Assembly (NCBI RefSeq): GCF_963921235.1
Contig: NC_086102.1
Location: 44,268,001-44,332,000 of the forward strand
Direction: 5' to 3'
Source of the DNA: Mobula hypostoma
Lineage: Eukaryota
Length of the DNA stretch: 64,000 nt
Made by a program: the position numbers and the translations under genes
The notes under the pieces: model-generated
The model's input: the letters and a program-made list of their open reading frames with translations, nothing else
The model's database searches: none
Told to the model about the DNA's origin: nothing
Shown: positions 51,369 to 60,654 of the stretch, one piece after another
How positions within the stretch are numbered: position 1 is the first letter of the stretch
Layout: each line of letters starts with the position of its first letter

Positions 51369-53866
51369 TCTATGGTATCATCCTGCCCTACCTGAACTCT
51401 GGCACCTGAGGTACACACTTGGCAGCATGGGTGCCTTGTGGAAAATTGTAAATGAAATATATTTATTAAATGATCACCCTATCACTAACCACTCCCCCAC
51501 CCTTAGTTGGGTTGTCGGGAGGGTCATAGAGGTAAGCTCTGGCAATTGCTCCAGTCATGGGGTTTGTAGATGTCCACATCCTCAGAACCTTGGGACACTC
51601 TTGGCAGGAACTGATTGTTTAAGGGAGAATAAACAAAATAACCAGAAATAGCTGCTCCAAGCATAGCATGTATTTAAAGTGGATGCTTATCTGACATTTT
51701 TTTTTAAGAACTTTGCATTACAGAGATGTCCACTTTATGTTATCCACTTTAAACCAGCTGAGTGCTAACTACATTCCACACTGTTGGACAACACATTGCA
51801 TACGCTGGCAATTAAAGCAAGAAGCCTGAAACTGCACAGATGACAGTTCCCAGACAAATGGAGTTAGAGAGCTCTATGTGGCACTTCTGGGCTTTGGAGC
51901 AACACGATGCATCTGCAGTATACATTGATTAATAGACCTGAGTGGCTCAGGCATGCATTAATGGATGACGTGTTACGGAACTACTCCGATGTTTATGTGT
52001 TCGTCTAGCAAAGGCTTTCTATCATACTCTGAAATCATTCTGAAATGAGGATCAAATATTTCAAAATTTAAAAAACCTTAAACCCTCTCATGATGACACT
52101 GACTGCTCACAATTCCTACCAGTGCATTATTATGGTCATCTAGAACATAGCCCTCTAGGTTTCAGGCCAATTTAGCACACATTCTCTACATATAAAGTTT
52201 AATTTTATGGCTCATTTCATAAACAAGTCTAGTAATCCACAAGGGTTAATAAATTTAGATAAATGAACAAGTTACTGATGCTGGCTGGAAGGAACAAAGT
52301 GGAGAGGACAAAAAAAAGGAAAATGAGAAAACAAAAGCAGTGTTTCTGTATTTTGATTGCTGTATGTGAAAACACTGCAGGGTATATAAAGAAAGGGAGA
52401 ACAATAGATCTGTTATTTTTAAAAAAAATTTCGGAGTTACAGAACAATGACACTGGTACAAAAGGATGAAGATAGAAAGGCTCAGACAGTCACTGGTGAA
52501 AACACAAACAAAATACATATATGATCATAAACTGAGTTAAACTGTATGCATGGAAATATACTTAGTTTGTGCAGTCTTCCTTTTAATACAACCACATATA
52601 TTCTTGTTAGCTTCCATTTATTTACTATTACGTTTTGTTTGAATAAAATGCATTGCATTCAGCATTTCACTGGATTGTTGCTTTTAGTGATTTTCCTTAT
52701 CACAATTATGGGTCAATTTTGTGAAGTAAATGCATGAGATTATGAATGAGCAATGTTGATTGAGGAAATTTCAACAATAATTTCTCAATGCATAGAATCT
52801 AGTAAATCCCTGCAAGTTCCTAAATTATTGAAACAAAATATAAAAGGATTAATAATCTTTGTGGTACAGTTATTAATAGGAAATATGTATTCCTAATTAT
52901 AACTCCCTGTTGGTTTGTGAAAATGCAGTAGATTAAATAGGAGATGAAAGAGTTTTTTTTTAATTTAAGGGGATAACCTGACTTAGGGAAAACATCAGAT
53001 TCAGTTGTTGAAATTCAGCAGTAGTGAATGCTGCTGGCATTATTTCAATAATAAAGCAAAAGCTGGATCATTATTTTATTATGATCAGTTTTACTTTTTG
53101 TGGGCAATTATCAAAAATGATGCATGCTCTCCCGGACAATGATTTAGGGTGAGAAGGTGCGCTGTTGTTGAGAAACTGAACTTGCATTCTGAGGAAAATG
53201 GCTCCATTTTACAAAAGCTTTGATGTGTAAATTCTCGACTGAACATCTGCAATTAGTGATTGAGCACTTGACTCCAACGATCATTGGTTGCCTTAGCCAG
53301 TAAGTGGGTGGATATTATGCAATTTCCCAGAGCTTCTTAAAACTGTGTTAATGAAGGTGTTGAGAGGTTTGCTGTTTTATTATGAAAGACAACATAATTT
53401 GCATAATCACTTCACCCAGAAGCTAAATCAAGCCCCCTGCTTCATTAGTGCTCACAAATGCAGAAAATTATTACCCAAAGTACAGCTTATTTTGAGACTG
53501 GACGTCTTTCTTCTAGTCTGGTTTAATAAAGGCCTGGAAACAACCCAAACTTACGAGGAAAGGATTATTGTTGATTTTTTGGTGGTTGCTACAATTTGTA
53601 ACAGCCCAACATGCAGCAATCTAATAATGAGGTAATTTATGTATTCAAAATCTAATTATTCTGAATAATTACATCACTTCATGATAGATTGCTAGATTGG
53701 TTTTATTGCCAAATTTCCATTCACACTTGCACCGATTTCTGTTTTTTTTTAATACTAGATGACAACCCAGAAATGAACTCGCCAAGGCCTCCTGCTACAG
53801 TCCAGCTTGTAGAAAAAAAATGGAGGTTTATGGGCTGTGTAGGAGGAAGGGATTAGAATTAATCGT

Positions 53867-54449
53867 AAACATGAGGAATTCTGCAGATGCTGGAAATTCA
53901 AGCAACACACATCAAAGTTGCTGGTGAACGCAGCAGGTCAGGCAGCATCTCTAGGAAGAGGTACAGTCGACGTTTCAGGCTGGGACACTCCAACTCAGGT
54001 TGGAGGAACAACACCTTATATTCCGTCTGGGTAGCCTCCAACCTGATGGCAAGAATATTGACTTCTCTAACTTCCACTAATGCCCCACCTCCCCCTCGTA
54101 CCCCATCCGTTATTTATATACACACATTCTTTCTCTCACTCTCCTTTTTCTCCCTCTGTCCCTCTGACTGTACCTCTTGCCCATCCTCTGGGTTTCCCCC
54201 CTCCCCCTTTTTCCTTCTCCCTGGGCCTCCTATCCCATGATCCTCTCATATCCCTTTTGCCTATCACCTGTCCAGCTCTTGGCTCCATCCCTCCCCCTCC
54301 TGTCTTCTATCATTTTGGATCTCCCCCTCCCCCTTCCACTTTCAAATCTCTTACTAGCTCTTCCTTCAGTTAGTCCTGACGAAGGGTCCCAGCCTGAAAC
54401 GTCGACTGTACCTCTTCCTAGAGATGCTGCCTGACCTGCTGCATTCACC
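53867..54449 (+). mobile_element. Young Penelope-like insertion 1 (truncated, with 5' inverted arm)
   Basis: 12-bp TSD agaattaatcgt (53855-66 and 54450-61). Inverted arm 53867-53987 shares the private variant gtcccagcct with the body. Confidence 0.9.
54372..54407 (+). ncRNA. Minimal type-I hammerhead ribozyme motif (predicted cleavage after 54403)
   Basis: agtc CTGACGA agg gtcccag cct GAAA cg TC gact: stem I agtc/gact, core CUGANGA/GAAA/UH, palindromic ACGU in place of stem III. Confidence 0.75.
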
Positions 54450-54533
54450 AGAATTAATCGTGTTGTCAGCACAACATACATCAAAGTTGCTGGTGAACGC
54501 AGCAGGCCAAGCAGCATCTATAGGAAGAGGCGC

Positions 54534-54569
54534 AGTCGACGTTTCAGGCCAAGACCCTTCGTCAGGACT
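54534..54569 (-). ncRNA. Minimal type-I hammerhead ribozyme motif
   Basis: Minus strand agtc CTGACGA agg gtcttgg cct GAAA cg TC gact. Confidence 0.75.
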
Positions 54570-54863
54570 AACTGAAGGAAGAGTGAGTAAGGGATTTGAA
54601 AGCTGGAGGGGGAGGGGGAGATGCAAAATGATAGGAGAAGACAGGAGGGGGAGGGATAGAGCCGAGAGCTGGACAGGTGATAGGCAAAAGGGGATACGAG
54701 AGGATCATGGGACAGGAGGCCTAGGGAGAAAGACGGGGGGGGGGTGACCCAGAGGATGGGCAAGAGGTATATTCAGAGGGACAGAGGGAGAAAAAGGAGA
54801 GTGAGAGAAAGAATGTGTGCATAAAAATGAGTAACAGATGGGGTACGAGGGGGAGGTGGGGCC

Positions 54864-55602
54864 TTAGCGGAAGTTAGAGAAGTCGATGTTCATGCCATCA
54901 GGTTGGAGGCTACCCAGACGGAATATAAGGTGTTGTTCCTCCAACCTGAGTGTGGCTTCATCTTTACAGTAGAGGAGGCCGTGGATAGACATGTCAGAAT
55001 GGGAATGGGATGTGGAATTAAAATGTGTGGCCACTGGGAGATCCTGCTTTCTCTGGTGGACAGAGCGTAGATGTTCAGCAAAGCGGTCTCCCAGTCTGCG
55101 TCGGGTCTCACCAATATATAAAAAGCCACATCGGGAGCACCGGACGCAGTATATCACCCCAGTCGACTCACAGGTGAAGTGATGCCTCACCTGGAAGGAC
55201 TGTTTGGGGCCCTGAATGGTGGTAAGGGAGGAAGTGTAAGGGCATGTGTAGCACTTGTTCCGCTTACACGGATAAGTGCCAGGAGGGAGATCAGTGGGGA
55301 GGGATGGGGGGGACGAATGGACAAGGGAGTTGTGTAGGGAGCGATCCCTGCAGAATGCAGAGAGAGGGGGGGAGGGAAAGATGTGCTTAGTGGTGGGATC
55401 CCGTTGGAGGTGGCGGAAGTTACGGAGAATAATATGTTGGACCCGGAGGCTGGTGGGGTGGTAGGTGAGCACCAGGGGAACCCTATTCCTAGTGGGGTGG
55501 TGGGAGGATGGAGTGAGAGCAGATGTACGTGAAATGGGGGAGATGTGTTTAAGAGCAGAGTTGATAGTGGAGGAAGGGAAGCCCCTTTCTTTAAAAAATG
55601 AA
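54864..55602 (-). CDS. Penelope linker and GIY-YIG endonuclease, uninterrupted frame of about 246 codons (5'-truncated)
   Basis: FFKERGFP...CKRNKCYTC...GVIYCVRCSRCGFLYIGET...EH...THF...EQHLIFRLGSLQPDGMN. The first 28 aa of track ORF 54864-55688 come from the inverted arm and are not part of the real protein. Confidence 0.85.
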
Positions 55603-56110
55603 GAACATCTACGCTCTGTCCGCCAGAGAAAGCAGGATCTCCCAGTGGCCACACATTTTAATTCCACATCCCATTCCCATTCTGACATGTCTATCCACGG
55701 CCTCCTCTACTGTAAAGATGAAGCCACACTCAGGTTGGAGGAACAACACCTTATATTCCGTCTGGGTAGCCTCCAACCTGATGGCATGAACATCGACTTC
55801 TCTAACTTCCGCTAAGGCCCCACCTCCCCCTCGTACCCCATCTGTTACTCATTTTTATGCACACATTCTTTCTCTCACTCTCCTTTTTCTCCCTCTGTCC
55901 CTCTGAATATACCTCTTGCCCATCCTCTGGGTCACCCCCCCACTTGTCTTTCTTCCCGGACCTCCTGTCCCATGATCCTCTCATATCCCCTTTTGCCTAT
56001 CACCTGTCCAGCTCTCGGCTCTATCCCTCCCCCTCCTGTCTTCTCCTATCATTTTGCATCTCCCCCTCCCCCTCCAGCTTTCAAATCCCTTACTCACTCT
56101 TCCTTCAGTT

Positions 56111-56146
56111 AGTCCTGACGAAGGGTCTTGGCCTGAAACGTCGACT
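56111..56146 (+). ncRNA. Minimal type-I hammerhead ribozyme motif (predicted cleavage after 56142)
   Basis: agtc CTGACGA agg gtcttgg cct GAAA cg TC gact. Confidence 0.75.
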
Positions 56147-56557
56147 GCGCCTCTTCCTATAGATGCTGCTTGGCCTGCTGCGTTCACCAGCAACTTTGAT
56201 GTATGTTGCTTGAATTTCCAGCATCTGCAGAATTCCTGTTGTTTGTTGTGGGCTAGAGTTCCCCTATTTTGCGGTACTGTTCTATGTTCTACATTTTACA
56301 GCAACAGGCATTTGCTGTAGTTGGGCAACTGTTGGAGTTGGCTTTAAGTTGACCCTTGTCTCTTTAATAACAATGATATTCTTCTGCCAATTTTACAGAT
56401 AATGTCATAACCAGACATCCCACCTCTCCCTGAAGTTCCGGGAGTCTCCCGCATATTGATAGTGGCTTCCTGACGCCCGGAAATTATATACAATATCCCG
56501 GAAATAGATATTTTTTGAGAGGGACAGCCTGCATCCTGATTGGTCTCTCTTCATGCT

Positions 56558-57703
56558 CAGATTGGTCCCCAACCACCGGGCCATGAGGAAACAATATGAG
56601 TCAGCTGCACTTTTCCTCATTCCCTGTCACGCACTGTTGAATTTTAACGCACGCGAGGTCATCAGTGACCCAAGACGTGCAAAGGAATGGGTCCGTGACC
56701 CATTTGTGAATGTCCCCGGTGAATCATCCATGTCAGCATGGGGAAAAGATCAACTCCTCGAGCTTGCAAATGATGGTGGGCTGAAAGGTATGTTTGACAT
56801 AACATCTCTGCCGGCATTCTGGATCAAAGTCAAGGCTGAATATCCTGAGATAGCCACGAAAGCACTGAAAACATTGCTTCCATTTCCAACATATTTCTGT
56901 GAAGCGGAGTTTTCTGCAAAGAATGCAACGAAAACGAAATTGCGGAATAGACTGGACATCAGGAACCCCCTTTGAGTATCACTGTCCCCCATCACCCCTC
57001 GATAGGACCGTGTTGTTGCAGGAAAACAAGCCCAGGGCTCCCACTGATTCAGCGATATTGGTGTGTTGCAATGATTTTATATGTTCATATGAGGAAAATA
57101 TGCGCTGTGTTTAATATCCAAACGTTACTTAAAATGTTATGATGCTATTGACTTATTAGTGACCTATAATTCAGTGGTCCCCACCCTCCAGGCTGCGAAG
57201 AATACAGCGGTGGCCGGAACACACCCAGCACGTCTTTAAGAAAAAAGCTGAAATAAACAAGCTAATTAATTAGGTGCCACCAGATCAGAGGTGATTGCCG
57301 ATTGTGTTGCCTCTGATCTGGGCAGACATTTATGTGCTAGGCGGCCCCTAATCAATTAGCTTGTTTATTTCAGCTTTTTTCTTAAAGATGTGCCGGGTGC
57401 ATTCTGGCTACTGCTGTACCACTGCATTCTTCGCGGCCCGGAGGTTTGGGACCACTGTTATAATTGACTTACCACTACATTCATGTGAGGAAAACATGCG
57501 CTGTGTGTTTAATATTAAATTCGTTAGATAAACCCCTTTAGAAACAAAATTGAGTGTATTAGCCACTTACAAGTGACTTATAGTGGACTTATCACCTATA
57601 TTCCGATTGCGTTTAACACCCACCCCTCCCCGGGTCGGCCGGTCTGCAAGAATATTGTCAATATTAAACTGGTCCGCGGTGCAAAGAAGGTTGGGGACCC
57701 CTG
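56558..57703 (+). mobile_element. hAT Charlie/Buster-type deleted element with transposase C-terminal remnant
   Basis: EWVRDPF...FWIKVKAEYPEIATKALKTLLPFPTYFCEAEFS (hAT dimerisation domain). Right end ggttggggacccctg; left end ggtccccaacc is degenerate. Confidence 0.8.
57172..57457. mobile_element. Palindromic hAT MITE (286 bp)
   Basis: cagtggtccc...gggaccactg with TIRs of about 105 bp. TSD ctataatt / ttataatt (7/8). Confidence 0.85.
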
Positions 57704-58921
57704 ATTTAAACTGGCTGGCTGGCTGCCAAGGAGCTAGGCTATTGATGTCCTACGTGATGAGGCCAAACTCCCTGTAGACTTGCTTAAAATTGTAATAGAA
57801 TAAACATGGTAATATAATATAAGTACATATTTTAATGTCACATTTGCTGCATATACCCAACTTGGTTTACACATTGGACAAAATCACTAAACAAAGTATT
57901 ACATACACCCTTGAAGGTCGACAGGGGTGGGGGGGGGGATATGGGGCTGCGGGGGGCTGGGGTGCTACTTCTCTGAAATGAGTTTTTGCAGGGTGGGATG
58001 TCTGCATAACAAGAGAAACCTTGTTCTCAGGATGAGAGCAAAACAACAATGAACTATGCATCTTCAATCAAATTAATAGATTGTGATATCACTAAGAAAG
58101 TACGAAGTAATCATAAATTAAAGCAAGTAGATTCAAAGCTAAATCAAAGAAAGAGGAAGAAATAAAAATAAGGAAAAAGGATTTTATATTTGTGAAATCT
58201 CTCAATAAAGACTTAATGGGAACTCTTTGCTTACAATAGTTTAATTGTCAATGTTAGGAATTCTGACTGGTAGTATTTAAAAAGTCATTACATCATTCTG
58301 CCTGGTTGATGGAATAAGACTTTGAACTTGCTGTGTAAGTTTAATTTGACCTACTGCACAAATGCAGCAACTTTATAGTTCTTATACATTTCAACAATGA
58401 GCCATTCAGCAAGATGCACTTTCCATGAAACACAGTACAATGCCTTTCGGACACCAACATTTAGATACTCACACATACATCTTGCCTGAAGGTGTTGTAC
58501 CATATGAGCAGAGGAGCAATGGATGCTAGTTGGCTCACCATTATTTTGAAAACAAATTATAGCCTTTGAGACATGTTAGGATTTTTTACTGTGTGTTGAA
58601 TTAATCTTGTTCAGGCATCATTCTAATTGGAGATCAACTGCCTTTTATTCAATTGTCTATTAGTTATTTCATCTGGTCTGAACTGTTCCAAAGTTGTGAC
58701 AATTCATGCTTGCTTTTACACTGACATGATAGAAACAAAGAAAACCTACAGCACGAAACAGCCCTTCTGCCCACAATGCTGTGCCGAACACGTACTGAAT
58801 TTAGAAATTACCTAGGGTTACCGATACAACAGGAATTCTGCAGACGCTGCAAATTCAAGCAACACACATCAAAGTTGCTGGTGAACGCAGCAGGCCAGGC
58901 AGCATCTCTAGGAAGAGGTAC

Positions 58922-58957
58922 AGTCGACGTTTCAGGCCGAAACCCTTCGTCAGGACT
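58922..58957 (-). ncRNA. Minimal type-I hammerhead ribozyme motif
   Basis: Minus strand agtc CTGACGA agg gtttcgg cct GAAA cg TC gact. Confidence 0.75.
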
Positions 58958-59504
58958 AACTGAAGGAAGAGTTAGTAAGAGATTTGAAAGTGGGAGGGGG
59001 AGGAGGAGGGGGAGATCCAAAATGATAGGAGAAGACAGGAGGGGTAGGGATGGAGCCAAGAGCTGGACGGGTGATTGGCAAAGGGGATATGAGAGGATCA
59101 TGGGACAGGAGGTCCGGGGAGAAAGACAAGGGGGGGGAAGGCACCCAGAGGATGGGCAAGGGGTATAGTCAGAGGGACAGAGGGAGAAAAAGGAGAGTTA
59201 GAGAAAGAATGTGTGTATAGAAATAAATAACGGATGGGGTACAAGGGGGAGCTGGGGCATTAGCCGAAGTTAGAGAAGTCGATGTTCATGCCATCAGGTT
59301 GCAGGCTACCCAGACGGAATATAAGGTGTTGTTCCTCCAACCCGAATGTGGCTTCATCTTTACAGTAGAGGAGGCCGTGGACAGACATGTCAGAATGGGA
59401 ATGGGATGTGGAATGAAAATGTGTGGCTACTGGGAGATCCTGCTTTCTCTGGCGGACAGAGCGTAGGCGAGACCAGATGCAGACTGGGAGACCGCTTTGC
59501 TGAA

Positions 59505-60327
59505 ATGCCATTCCCTTCTCGCAATTCCTCCGTCTCCGCCGCATCTGCTCTCAGGATGAGGCTTTTCATTCCAGGACGAGGGAGATGTCCTCCTTTTTTA
59601 AAGAAAGGGGCTTCCCTTCCTCTACTATCAACTCTGCTCTCAAATGCATCTCCCCCATTTCACGCACATCTGCTCTCACTCCATCCTCCCGCCACCCCGC
59701 TAGGAATAGGGTTCCCCTGGTCCTCACCTACCACCCCACCAGCCTCCGGGTCCAACATATTATTCTCCGTAACTTCCGCCACCTCCAACGGGATCACACC
59801 ACTAAGCACATCTTTCCCTCCCCCCCCTCTCTGCATTCCGCAGGGATCGCTCCCTACGCAACTCCCTTGTCCATTCGTCCCCCCCATCCCTCCCCACTGA
59901 TCTCCCTCCTGGCACTTATCCTTGTAAGCGGAACAAGTGCTAAACATGCTCTTACACTTCCTCCCTTACCACCATTCAGGGCCCCAGACAGTCCTTCCAG
60001 GTGAGGCGACACTTCACCTGTGAGTCGGCTGGGGTGATATACTGCATCCGATGCTCCCGATGTGGCCTTCTATATATTGGCGAGATCCAACGTAGACTGG
60101 GAGACCGCTTTGCTGAACACCTACGCTCTGTCCACCAGAGAAAGCAGGATCTCCCAGTGGCCACACATTTTAATTCCACGTCCCATTCCCATTCTGACAT
60201 GTCTATCCACGGCCTCCTCTACTGTAAAGATGACGCCACACTCAGGTTGGAGGAACAACACCTTATATTCCGTCTGGGTAGCCTGCAACCTGATGGCATG
60301 AACATCGACTTCTCTAACTTCCGCTAA
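59505..60327 (+). pseudogene. Penelope RT C-terminus and GIY-YIG, one frameshift near 59820
   Basis: AIPFSQFLRLRRICSQDEAF...; the frame shifts in the C/CT run; GVIYCIRCSRCGLLYIGE lies in ORF 60001-60327. Confidence 0.85.
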
Positions 60328-60618
60328 TGCCCCACCTCCCCCTCGTACCCCATCCGTTATTTATTTTTATACACACATTCTTTCTCTCGCTCTCCTTTTT
60401 CTCCCTCTGTCCCTCTGACTATACCCCTTGCCCATCCTCTGGGTTCCCCCCCTTGTCTTTCTCCCTGGACCTCCTGTCCCATGATCCTCTCATATCCCCT
60501 TTGCCAATCACCTGTCCAGCTCTTGGCTCCATCCCTCGCCCTCCTGTCTTCTCCTATCATTCTGGGTCTCCCCCTCCCCCTCCCACTTTCAAATCTCTTA
60601 CTAACTCTTCCTTCAGTT

Positions 60619-60654
60619 AGTCCTGATGAAGGGTCTCGGCCTGAAACGTCGACT
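60619..60654 (+). ncRNA. Minimal type-I hammerhead ribozyme motif (predicted cleavage after 60650)
   Basis: agtc CTGATGA agg gtctcgg cct GAAA cg TC gact. Confidence 0.75.

Larger units (their letters stand above)
54467..56243 (-). mobile_element. Young Penelope-like insertion 2, large inverted repeat
   Basis: Arms of about 605 bp (54472-55076 and 55603-56208) share private variants (gcgcagtcgac, catacatc). Possible short TSD tgttgt (54461-66 and 56244-49) is less certain. Confidence 0.9.
56412..58004. mobile_element. Outer TIR element enclosing a Charlie-type hAT and a MITE
   Basis: 13-bp perfect TIR cagacatcccacc / ggtgggatgtctg, flanked by a cataac duplication (56406-11 and 58005-10). Confidence 0.65.

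Noticed and set aside
58812-58822. Telomere-like TAGGGTTA in a Penelope TSD
   Set aside because: Single short match; the other TSDs are unrelated AT-rich sequences, so no telomere targeting is supported.
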